From assembly GCA_020063565.1 (NCBI GenBank), contig JAICDB010000008.1:39914-103913 (forward strand): a stretch of 64,000 nt of DNA, written 5' to 3'. Origin of the DNA: Clostridiales bacterium. GTDB taxonomy: Bacteria > Bacillota > DSM-16504 > Desulfitibacterales > JAICDB01. This document shows, one piece after another, positions 19,676-28,185 of the stretch. Position 1 is the first letter of the stretch. The number at the start of each line of letters is the position of its first letter. Made by a program: the position numbers and the translations under genes. The notes beneath the pieces are model-generated. The model saw only the letters and a list, made by a program, of their open reading frames with translations. It ran no database searches and was not told the origin of the DNA.

Positions 19676-19873
19676 CTACTGCAATCCCCTTTCATTACCT
19701 TCTTTAAGTTCGTTCACCGGTACTTGCTTTTTCTCTTCAGGTGAATCTAGAAAAGAAATTTCTGCAGTTTTATTACCCGGGTTAAGGTTATGGATCCAAA
19801 TTTGTTCTTTGTTATACAATACTTCAATATTCTCCGGTGAATTGAGGATTTCTTCAGCTCTTTGATATTGCAT
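19676..19873 (-). CDS. sspH: small acid-soluble spore protein, H-type
   Basis: 65 aa: MQYQRAEEILNSPENIEVLYNKEQIWIHNL...KTAEISFLD...QVPVNELKE. This follows the SspH pattern (xRAxEIxxSxxxIxVxYxGxxIxIxxv...vPvxxLxE). Confidence 0.7.
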   Translation of the reverse strand: MQYQRAEEILNSPENIEVLYNKEQIWIHNLNPGNKTAEISFLDSPEEKKQVPVNELKEGNERGLQ

Positions 19874-19985
19874 TTTTTATCATACTCCTTTATATATTTT
19901 TACTAAGTTTTAGCATTATGTTATAATTTCACTGAATAATAATCTTTGTACTTCACAAATTTTATACTTATAAGGAGTGGAAGTT

Positions 19986-20237
19986 ATGGCCGAAGTTAAG
20001 ATTTATACAACAAAAATTTGCCCTTACTGCGTTGCTGCAAAAAAATTATTGGAATCTAAGGGAGTGGAATACCAGGAAATTGATTTAACAGGTGATGAAA
20101 AAAGCCTTCAAGAACTAAAAGCACAAACTGGCATGCAAACAGTTCCACAGATATTTATTAATGGAGAGCTTATTGGAGGCTGTGATGAATTGCATAAGTT
20201 GAATGCAACGGGAGAATTAGATAAAATGCTCTCCTAA
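19986..20237 (+). CDS. glutaredoxin (GrxC-like)
   Basis: ORF 19977..20237, with an ATG at 19986. It has VKIYTTKICPYCVAAKKLL, TVPQIFI and GGCDEL. Confidence 0.85.
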   Translation: MAEVKIYTTKICPYCVAAKKLLESKGVEYQEIDLTGDEKSLQELKAQTGMQTVPQIFINGELIGGCDELHKLNATGELDKMLS

Positions 20238-20298
20238 GGGTCTATTTTTTTATTTTTGATTAAAGACAAGCCTCTTCTAATTGAGGGTAGCTACTCCC

Positions 20299-20454
20299 TT
20301 AAGCTTTGCCTTTATCTGAATAAAGTCTTTCTTCCTCTAAATGCATCCTACCGTCCGGCCCGTGGTCGGGAACCGGGTCTGCAAATACTTCCTTAGGCTC
20401 TACTTTGTAGGGCTTACTTTTTTTAAAGGTACTTTTTTTCTTTTTTACAGGCAA
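20299..20454 (-). CDS. 51-aa basic hypothetical protein (MPVKKKKSTFKKSKPYKVEPKEVF...)
   Basis: TTG start 7 nt after the strong RBS GAGGAGG on the minus strand. It is not in the ORF track because it is under 60 aa. The overlapping plus-strand ORF 20341..20565 looks spurious. Confidence 0.3.
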   Translation of the reverse strand: MPVKKKKSTFKKSKPYKVEPKEVFADPVPDHGPDGRMHLEEERLYSDKGKA

Positions 20455-20728
20455 ACAGATAACCTCCTCATTTGTAATAGAATTTCATTAAAAGTTTTTC
20501 CAAAAGTCTATCTAATTATTTATTTTATCCTATCCTTATTTTATTTTATCCGAACTTTCTCTTAGACCTCTGCTTTTTTATTGGCCGGAATTCCCTCCCA
20601 GAAGACGTACTACCAGATTTATTGAAAAAGTTTGAAAATCTTTTGGAAATTTTTGTTTTTAGCTTCTTAAGTGAAATAAACTTGTCAAATATTGTACAAA
20701 CTAAACAAAAAAGGAGGTGAATTGAGAA

Positions 20729-20986
20729 TTGGATATAAACAGCTTTGATCAATGGATAGACACTCTAGGAGATGCGTTAGAAAATGCAAAAGAAATTGGA
20801 ATGCCTGAAAAACTTGTAGAAAGAGGGGCAGCTCAGTTAGGGGAATATTTAGCAAACCATGTTAACCCTGATGTTCCGGAAAACCGTTTTCTAAAGGAAC
20901 TTTGGGAAATAAGTGATGAAAAGGAAAAACAAGCTTTGGCTAACATGATGATTAAATATGTAGAACATTATCATAATAAACATTAA
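20729..20986 (+). CDS. DUF3243-family protein (YmfJ-like)
   Basis: 85 aa with a TTG start after the RBS AGGAGGTG. Pattern LGEYLANHVNPDVPENRFLKELWEISDEKEKQALANMM. Confidence 0.55.
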   Translation: MDINSFDQWIDTLGDALENAKEIGMPEKLVERGAAQLGEYLANHVNPDVPENRFLKELWEISDEKEKQALANMMIKYVEHYHNKH

Positions 20987-21105
20987 AAGAGGTGGCCAAG
21001 CGCCGCCTTTTTACTTTTTAAGAATTTATAATTTAGTTTTTAGAAGGAATTACCTGTTTTAAAGAAGAAGTGATAAACATAAATGAAAGAAGGGGGTATT
21101 TCTTA

Positions 21106-21525
21106 ATGAAGTCTAAAAAAATAGCTAGCAAATGGATAGTAAGAATTGATAAAGGAGAAGAAGTTGTTGAGACATTAAAAAATTTTTGTAAGGAAAAAGG
21201 AATAAAACTTGGTTCAATTAGTGGTATAGGTGCAACCAACAAAGTGGTAATTGGCCTCTTTAATACGGGAGAAAAAAAATATTATAAAAAGGAATTGACC
21301 GGAGATTTTGAAATTACCAACTTATCGGGAAATATTTCAACTATGAACGGTGAAGTATATCTTCACATACATATAAACTTATCAGATTCAGAATTTACTA
21401 CTTTCGGCGGGCATTTGAATTCTTCAGTTATTAGTGGAACTTGTGAAATTATTATAGAGGAAATTGATGGTGAAATAGAAAGGGAATTTAATGAAGAAGT
21501 AGGCTTAAATCTATATAAAATGTAA
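21106..21525 (+). CDS. PPC/DUF296 domain protein
   Basis: ORF 21070..21525, with the likely ATG at 21106. Pattern IVRIDKGEEVVETLKNFCKEKGIKLGSISGIGA...YLHIHINLSD...GGHL. Confidence 0.7.
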   Translation: MKSKKIASKWIVRIDKGEEVVETLKNFCKEKGIKLGSISGIGATNKVVIGLFNTGEKKYYKKELTGDFEITNLSGNISTMNGEVYLHIHINLSDSEFTTFGGHLNSSVISGTCEIIIEEIDGEIEREFNEEVGLNLYKM

Positions 21526-21633
21526 ATCTGTAGCCTTGACTAAGATATAATTTTTTTGTACTATCAGGAAAGTATTACTTTTGGGATGCATAAATAGTAA
21601 TTTACTGTATAACAAGTTGAATGGAGAATTGTA

Positions 21634-22083
21634 ATGCTTAGCTACCCTCTAGCTGCTTCTTTAAGCGCTTTACTAATAGCTCAACTACTAAAGTTTTTAA
21701 TAACCTTTGTACTGGACAGACGCCCGGATTTTTCCCGCCTAATTAGTACAGGAGGTATGCCTAGTTCACATACAGCTTTAACTGCTGCCTTAACTACTGC
21801 CTTTGGAGTTAAATATGGTATTCATAGTCCTTTTTTCGCAATAGCAGCCATCGTTACTATTGTAGTGGCCCATGATGCTGCAGGCCTGCGCTGGCAGGCA
21901 GGGCAGCATGCCAGCGAGATTAATAAAATCAGGGATGACTTGCAAAAGCTTTTTAATAGTATCTCCGGCAATGAGCATATTGATGAGCACAGAGACCAAT
22001 TAAAGGAACTCCTTGGGCATAAGCCACTTGAAGTTTTTATGGGAGCTCTTTTAGGAATTAGCGTTGCATATATCTTAAGATGA
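21634..22083 (+). CDS. divergent PAP2 / DUF212 membrane protein (YuiD-like)
   Basis: 149 aa with GGMPSSHTALTAAL and the AHDAAG...R motif. Confidence 0.75.
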   Translation: MLSYPLAASLSALLIAQLLKFLITFVLDRRPDFSRLISTGGMPSSHTALTAALTTAFGVKYGIHSPFFAIAAIVTIVVAHDAAGLRWQAGQHASEINKIRDDLQKLFNSISGNEHIDEHRDQLKELLGHKPLEVFMGALLGISVAYILR

Positions 22084-22122
22084 ATTTAATTATAAATGCC
22101 ATATGGAAATTGCTTTAAATAG

Positions 22123-22157
22123 CTCAAAGGCCCTACCATGGTTGTAGGGCCTTTGAG
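22123..22157. terminator. strong bidirectional terminator
   Basis: 14-bp perfect stem CTCAAAGGCCCTAC / GTAGGGCCTTTGAG between convergent genes. Confidence 0.7.
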
Positions 22158-22357
22158 TAAAAAAGGAGGTTTGCTGAACTGTAGGGTGTTGGAATTTTTA
22201 AGGGGGAAATATGTTTTGGCTATAAAATATGCGTTGTTGGCTGCTTAGTGATTGTGGTAACAATCTCAACCCTTATCTATATTCTACCACTAAAATCAAG
22301 ATAGTCAATAAATTTAAATAAAAAATTTATTAGTATTATAAACTGTTATAATAAGAA

Positions 22358-24034
22358 TTAATATTCACCAAGAACGTAGCCTGCAATATTTCGACAGTGA
22401 TCTCCTATTCGTTCCAAGTTAGCTAGAAAATCTAAAAAGACTGCCCCGTTATTACCGTTACAAACTTTTTCATTTAATCTTCGGATATGGGACTTACGGT
22501 ATTCAATTTGCATTTTGTCAATCATATGCTCATTTTGAACAACCTTTTTCGCCAATGCGTTGTTATCCTTTTCAAGCGCTTCCAATGCCGTGCGCAGAGT
22601 TTCTTCTGTCAATTCTATCATACTTTGTAATTCTTCCTGCGCCTGTTTTGAAAAACTAACATTATATTTAGTTGCATAATCGGCGAGTTCAACAATGTTT
22701 TCACAGTGGTCCCCTATTCTCTCAAGGTCATTCAAGGATTGTAAAATAACATAAGCTCGATTTGATGCTTCTGCGGAAAGTCTTTTTTCTGAAACCAACA
22801 CCAGATAATCTGTTATATCCCTTTCAAGTGTATCTAAAGTATCTTCCAGAACCATAGCCTTTCGTGCCAGAGATTCGTCCCGTGTTTCAAAGTATGCAGT
22901 GGCATTACTAAAAGCTTCCTTGGCTAGCTGTCCCATGCGGAGTGTTTCTCTGGTAGCCTGTGAAAGCGCTACGGAAGGGTTGTTTAAGAATCTCTTATCT
23001 ATATACTTAGGCTTATATTCGTCAATTTCTTCTTTTTCTGTTTTATCCGGTATCATCTTGGTAACTATATATGCTAGAAAAGATACTAAAGGCAAATGAA
23101 TCAAAGTGTTACTGATGTTAAAAATTGCATGCGTTTGGGCAATCTGTAATTTGATATTAAGTGTGTCCCAGGTTCCTGCAAAACTAGGGATAAGCGTAAA
23201 GACATAATTGGTAAAAAGTATCACGATTTTTGAAAAAATACCTGCTAAAAATAAAGGCAGAAATATTATGGTTCCCATAATGTTAAATATAAAGTGAGTA
23301 AATGCAGCCCTCCGCGCAGCTACGCTTGCCCCGATGGAAGCAAGAATTGCAGTTATTGTTGTACCAATGTTATCACCAAAGAGGATAGGTACTGCCTGTT
23401 TATATGTTACAGCTTGCTGGTAGGCAAGTTCCTGTAACACACCTATGGTGGCGCTGCTGCTTTGAACTACAAAAGTGAACAGCATACCTATTAAGACACC
23501 AATCAAAGAGTTGTTTTCGATACTTGTCATTAAGTTTATAAAAAATGGCAGATCCTTAAGGGGTTTCATACCGTGCCCCATTATACTTAATCCGTAAAAT
23601 AAGACACCAAAGCCAAATATTGCCTGTCCAATTAAATTGGTCTTTTTGTTTTTAGAAAAAAGAAACATTAATGAACCGATTGCAAGAATAGGAAGTGCAT
23701 AGGCCTTGAGCTTAAAGCCAATCAGGTATGCTGTCAAAATGGTACCAATGTTTGCACCCATTATGACGCCGATTGCCTGCCGCAATGTTAAAAGCTGAGC
23801 GTTGACAAGGCCGACAGTTAATACAGTAGTTGCACTGCTGCTTTGAATTAAAGCAGTAACTAAAGCACCGGTTAAAACCCCTCTGATGGGGCTTTTCGTT
23901 CCCTGTTCAAGGATAGTGCGCATTCTGTCTCCTGCTACCGATTGCAGGGCATCAGACATAAAGCGTAAGCCAAATAAAAAAAGTCCCAAACCACCTACAA
24001 AAGAAAAAATGATTTCCTTGAAAGATAATTCCAT
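22358..24034 (-). CDS. Na/Pi cotransporter family protein with PhoU-like C-terminal domain
   Basis: ORF 22358..24064, with the likely ATG at 24034 after the RBS GGGAGGAAAGG. It has a polytopic N-terminal half and two ERIGDHC repeats in the C-terminal half. Confidence 0.9.
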   Translation of the reverse strand: MELSFKEIIFSFVGGLGLFLFGLRFMSDALQSVAGDRMRTILEQGTKSPIRGVLTGALVTALIQSSSATTVLTVGLVNAQLLTLRQAIGVIMGANIGTILTAYLIGFKLKAYALPILAIGSLMFLFSKNKKTNLIGQAIFGFGVLFYGLSIMGHGMKPLKDLPFFINLMTSIENNSLIGVLIGMLFTFVVQSSSATIGVLQELAYQQAVTYKQAVPILFGDNIGTTITAILASIGASVAARRAAFTHFIFNIMGTIIFLPLFLAGIFSKIVILFTNYVFTLIPSFAGTWDTLNIKLQIAQTHAIFNISNTLIHLPLVSFLAYIVTKMIPDKTEKEEIDEYKPKYIDKRFLNNPSVALSQATRETLRMGQLAKEAFSNATAYFETRDESLARKAMVLEDTLDTLERDITDYLVLVSEKRLSAEASNRAYVILQSLNDLERIGDHCENIVELADYATKYNVSFSKQAQEELQSMIELTEETLRTALEALEKDNNALAKKVVQNEHMIDKMQIEYRKSHIRRLNEKVCNGNNGAVFLDFLANLERIGDHCRNIAGYVLGEY

Positions 24035-24119
24035 AACCTTTCCTCCCATTAAATGTTGACACATTTTGAACCCCAGAGTAGTATACCATTGAAACGGAAA
24101 ATATGAAAGAGGTGGAACA

Positions 24120-25097
24120 ATGTCAAAAAAAGGTCGTTACAATGTTTATTCTGACCATTTAAAAAATAAATATGGAGAAAAAGTATATAAATTACCAGTA
24201 AATTTGCCCGGAGGGTGTCCAAACAGAGATGGGACAGTCACATCCGGAGGATGTATTTTTTGTGATGAAAAGGGTTCAGGGTTTCAATGTTTACCTAACT
24301 CCATGTCAATAGAAGAGCAAGTAGCAAAAAATAAAGCTTTTTTTACAAAAAGATTTAAAGCTAAAAAATTTATAGTCTATTTTCAGGCATTTACCAATAC
24401 GTACTGGCCTTTAGACATATTTAAATCTTTTATCCGGGCGGCATCTCACGATGAAGATGTTGTGGCAATATCCATCTCCACCAGGCCTGACTGTATCAAT
24501 GATGATTACCTGGACTTTTTACAGAAAATCAGAGCAGAAAAGGGCGTGGATATAAATATAGAGTTGGGATTACAAACTGTTAACTATCATACCTTAAAAA
24601 AAATAAATAGGGGGCATACCCTTGCGGAATTTATCGATGCGGTCATTCGCATCAAGAAACATGGCTTTTTAATATGTGCCCATCTTATACTTAACTTGCC
24701 CTGGGATGATGAAAATGATGTTATAGAGAACTCCAAGATAATTTCAGCCTTTGAAATTGAGTACGTGAAACTGCATTCCCTTTACATTGTAGAAGGTACC
24801 AAGCTTGGTGAAATGTATAAAAAAGGCGAATTTGAAGTGATAAGTTTAAAGGATTATATTAATTCGGTAGTAACATTTTTGGAACACCTTCACCCTGATA
24901 CGGTAGTGCAAAGACTGGTAGGGAAAGGCCCTCAGGACAAACTATTGTTTAGTAACTGGAATACCAGCTGGTGGTATATTAAAGAGCAAATTGAAAATGA
25001 GCTGGAAGTAAGGGATACCTGGCAGGGGAAAAAATGTAATTACCTGAATGGAAAGGCCTTAGCCAGGTGGAGAAACTCGAAAAATGACAAATATTAG
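24120..25097 (+). CDS. radical SAM protein, TIGR01212 (YhcC) family
   Basis: N-terminal CPNRDG...GGCIFCDEKGSG cluster in 325 aa. Confidence 0.85.
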   Translation: MSKKGRYNVYSDHLKNKYGEKVYKLPVNLPGGCPNRDGTVTSGGCIFCDEKGSGFQCLPNSMSIEEQVAKNKAFFTKRFKAKKFIVYFQAFTNTYWPLDIFKSFIRAASHDEDVVAISISTRPDCINDDYLDFLQKIRAEKGVDINIELGLQTVNYHTLKKINRGHTLAEFIDAVIRIKKHGFLICAHLILNLPWDDENDVIENSKIISAFEIEYVKLHSLYIVEGTKLGEMYKKGEFEVISLKDYINSVVTFLEHLHPDTVVQRLVGKGPQDKLLFSNWNTSWWYIKEQIENELEVRDTWQGKKCNYLNGKALARWRNSKNDKY

Positions 25098-25204
25098 TAG
25101 ATGTTTTTTTGAGAATACCAAAAAAATAAGGAGGATTCGTAAAAATTTTACAGAACTTAAACAATATGCATTTAGAAAGTATTTAATCAAAGGTTGGTTG
25201 TAAA

Positions 25205-26434
25205 GTGCAAAAGTTTCTCAAGGTTATTATTGTAGTGTTTACAATAGCAATTATAGTTTTTTTTATAAAGGATAGCTATTTAGCTACAAACAGCAAGGGC
25301 GAGTATAACAGCTTACATCCTGCTGTTTTAATTTTCTTTGCTTTATATCTATATACTATAGTTAAGTATTATAATTTATCTATCAAGGAAAACTCAAAAA
25401 AACTCCAAGAGTTAAATAAGCAGCTAGTTGCCAGGAACAATCTCCTGCAGCTGAATAACGAAGCTCTAAAGGTTCTTCTGGAAATAAGAAAGATGATTTC
25501 AATTTCCCAGAATGTTAAAGTTACCCTTGAAAAAATTAGCCAAAGCTGTAATGAAAAATTAAATTTCAAAACGGGAGTATTTATGCTATCTGCCGATAAG
25601 AAAACTCTAGATTTAATAATTAGCCCGTGTTTTTGTTCTGATGAAAAAAAACAGGTCAAGATTTCCTATGATGAGAATTCTGAATACTGGCAGGTACTCC
25701 AGTCCGGAGAAAACCTATATTTCTCACAATTTGATTGTACCAGTCTTAATACTCCGGCAGACAATGAATTGGAAAAGTTATCCTGCTATCTGATGCCCAT
25801 TAAAGTAGAAGCAAATAATATTGGAGTAGTTACCTATCTTTTTGATAGCAGTGTGAAGGAATTTGCCGAAATTGTTTTCAATTATGCACCCCTGGTAACA
25901 CAGGAAATAACCACAGCAATCAAAAATTCCAAGACCTATGTGAAGCTACTGGAACAAGCTGAAAAAGATGAACTTACAGGTCTCTATAATTACCGTCATT
26001 TTAAAAATAAACTTAATAAGATGTTTGAAGAAAGTAAAAATGGTGAGTATTCACTGGGACTTATCATGATTGATGTAGATAATTTTAAGGATGTCAATGA
26101 CACAATGGGTCATTCTTACGGTGATAAGGTTTTAAGCGCAGTAGCAGCAAGTATTAAAAGCAGTATTCGTGAAAACGATATAGCGTGCAGGTACGGAGGA
26201 GATGAATTTGTAGTCCTTATGCCCGGAATTACTACAAATATATTGGAAGATGTTTCCTTAAGGGTTATTAATTCAATCCAGAATAATAAAGATATTCCAA
26301 AATCAGTTACTATTTCTGTTGGTGGAACAGTAAATAAGAAAGAAATTAAAACTCCTGAAGAACTATTGGAAATAGCTGATAGAGCTATGTATAAAGCAAA
26401 GGACATAAAGAACAGTTTAAAAATTATAAGTTAA
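25205..26434 (+). CDS. diguanylate cyclase (TM + sensor region + GGDEF)
   Basis: Two N-terminal TM segments and a C-terminal GGDEF domain with LTGLYNYRHF and RYGGDEFVVL. Confidence 0.85.
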   Translation: MQKFLKVIIVVFTIAIIVFFIKDSYLATNSKGEYNSLHPAVLIFFALYLYTIVKYYNLSIKENSKKLQELNKQLVARNNLLQLNNEALKVLLEIRKMISISQNVKVTLEKISQSCNEKLNFKTGVFMLSADKKTLDLIISPCFCSDEKKQVKISYDENSEYWQVLQSGENLYFSQFDCTSLNTPADNELEKLSCYLMPIKVEANNIGVVTYLFDSSVKEFAEIVFNYAPLVTQEITTAIKNSKTYVKLLEQAEKDELTGLYNYRHFKNKLNKMFEESKNGEYSLGLIMIDVDNFKDVNDTMGHSYGDKVLSAVAASIKSSIRENDIACRYGGDEFVVLMPGITTNILEDVSLRVINSIQNNKDIPKSVTISVGGTVNKKEIKTPEELLEIADRAMYKAKDIKNSLKIIS

Positions 26435-26470
26435 AACAATTACTATACTAATTTTTTCACGGAGGCAGAA

Positions 26471-27076
26471 ATGAATTTCGAAACACTTAGAAAAAGCGTT
26501 GCTGAATGTAGAATGTGTGAACTATACAAAACGAGAAATGCACTAGTATTGGATGATTGTGATGAAAAGGTAGATATCTTTCTAATGGGTGAAGCACCAG
26601 GTGGGCATGAAGACACTGTATCAGGAAAACCCTTTACAGGCGATGCAGGAAAAAATTTAAGAGATTTCCTCCGGAGTATCGGCCTTTCGAGAAATAAACT
26701 CTATATAGGAAATACTGTGAAATGTCGCCCCGTTAAACCTTCGCCAAGGGGGAGATATAAACAGTATACCAATCGCCGCCCCACAAGACAAGAAATAAAA
26801 CTTTGCAGCAAGTGGCTTTTTAAAGAGCTGGAAATTATAGGGCCAAAGGTTGCTGTAGCACTTGGAGGGGTTCCTTTAAGTATTGTAACTGGAAAAAATA
26901 CCCCGTTAAAGGATTTTCACGGGAAGGAGATATTTTGGCAGGAAAAGAAACTGCCTGTTTTTGTTTTATACCACCCGGCAGCTGTAACATATAATCCTCG
27001 CCTAAAGGAAACTTATCACCGAGATCTTGAAAAGTTGAAGGAATTCCTTACAAAGCATGATATTGGTAATATTTAG
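26471..27076 (+). CDS. uracil-DNA glycosylase, family 4
   Basis: It has CxxCxL, GEAPGGHED and a C-terminal LYHPAAV motif. Confidence 0.85.
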   Translation: MNFETLRKSVAECRMCELYKTRNALVLDDCDEKVDIFLMGEAPGGHEDTVSGKPFTGDAGKNLRDFLRSIGLSRNKLYIGNTVKCRPVKPSPRGRYKQYTNRRPTRQEIKLCSKWLFKELEIIGPKVAVALGGVPLSIVTGKNTPLKDFHGKEIFWQEKKLPVFVLYHPAAVTYNPRLKETYHRDLEKLKEFLTKHDIGNI

Positions 27077-27101
27077 CTGAATACTGAATGGAGGAATAAC
27101 T

Positions 27102-28136
27102 TTGAAAAGATCTCTTTTACTTATTGGATTACTGGCTTTTATTTTTGTTGCAGTCGCATGCGGAACAGTAAATGAGAAAACTAGTGGTAATAATTCTGGC
27201 CCGGTTACGGAAGACTCCTCCGAGCAGGCAGATAAAAAGGAGGATTTAGGTAATAAAGATTATAATGATGAAGAAAATGTCCCGGAAAAAACTGAACCAC
27301 TGGATGTAGAGCAGAATGTCACGGGCCTGATCCCTAATGAAAATGGTCAGATTATGATTTTAATGTATCACCGCATAGGTGATCGGGAAAGTACCTGGAC
27401 ACGAACAAGGGAAAATTTTCGAAGAGATCTTCAAACCCTCTATGATAAGGGTTACCGCTTAATTAGCTTAAAGGATTATCTGGATAATAAAATAGACCTT
27501 CCGCTGGGTACTACACCTGTCATACTTACCTTTGATGACGGTACCTCCGGTCAGTTTGATTTTATAGAAGGTGATGAAGACCTGCAAATTGATCCCGGGA
27601 GTGCAGTTGGTATTATGAAGGAATTTTATGAAGAACATCCGGATTTCGGTTTGGAAGCTACCTTTTATGTTAACCAAAGGCCTTTTAATTATAGATACTG
27701 GAAGGAAGCAGTAAAAACAATTGTAGGACTGGGAATGGATATTGGTAACCATTCTCTAACCCATGAAAATTTAAAAAAAATACCAATAGAAAAGTATCCA
27801 GATGAAATAGGAGGACTGGTTGCTCATATTACAGAAGCACTTCCTGACTATATTATAGATACTATTGCACTGCCCAACGGAGGATATCCACAGGATGTGG
27901 ATAAAGCCCTTGAAGGAGAATTTCAAGGTGTTAAATATAAAAATAGAGCGCTCTTACTTGTAGGAGCCAGACCTGCGCCGGCTCCCACAGACCCTGCTTT
28001 TAATCCTTTAAAACTTCCCAGGGTCCGAGCAGATGAGGAAAACCTGTACCGCTGGTTGGATTATTTTGATAAGCATCCGGAGAAGAGATACGTGAGTAAT
28101 GGGATTATGGAGGGTAAAAAATATAATCTAAAATAA
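27102..28136 (+). CDS. polysaccharide deacetylase lipoprotein (NodB homology domain)
   Basis: Lipobox LLAFIFVAVAC, LTFDDGTSGQ and HSLTHENL. Confidence 0.8.
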   Translation: MKRSLLLIGLLAFIFVAVACGTVNEKTSGNNSGPVTEDSSEQADKKEDLGNKDYNDEENVPEKTEPLDVEQNVTGLIPNENGQIMILMYHRIGDRESTWTRTRENFRRDLQTLYDKGYRLISLKDYLDNKIDLPLGTTPVILTFDDGTSGQFDFIEGDEDLQIDPGSAVGIMKEFYEEHPDFGLEATFYVNQRPFNYRYWKEAVKTIVGLGMDIGNHSLTHENLKKIPIEKYPDEIGGLVAHITEALPDYIIDTIALPNGGYPQDVDKALEGEFQGVKYKNRALLLVGARPAPAPTDPAFNPLKLPRVRADEENLYRWLDYFDKHPEKRYVSNGIMEGKKYNLK

Positions 28137-28146
28137 ACTTTTTACA

Positions 28147-28170
28147 AAAGCCCAGAAAAATGGGCTTTTT
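28147..28170. terminator. bidirectional terminator
   Basis: AAAGCCCA-gaaaaa-TGGGCTTT followed by a T-run, between convergent genes. Confidence 0.65.
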
Positions 28171-28185
28171 GTCGTGGCAATTATT

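Noticed and set aside
20341-20752. Track ORFs 20341..20565 (+) and 20546..20752 (-)
   Set aside because: Both are low-complexity and without an RBS. The region is better explained by a minus-strand 51-aa ORF with a strong RBS (20299-20454) plus the non-coding upstream DNA of the DUF3243 gene.
22160-22357. 25-aa ORF after the RBS AAGGAGG in the DUF212/NaPi convergent spacer
   Set aside because: It is too short, has no supporting features, and lies just after a strong bidirectional terminator.
27896-27904. Perfect DnaA box TGTGGATAA
   Set aside because: It is a single copy inside the polysaccharide deacetylase coding sequence, with no cluster and no AT-rich unwinding element. It is not an origin.
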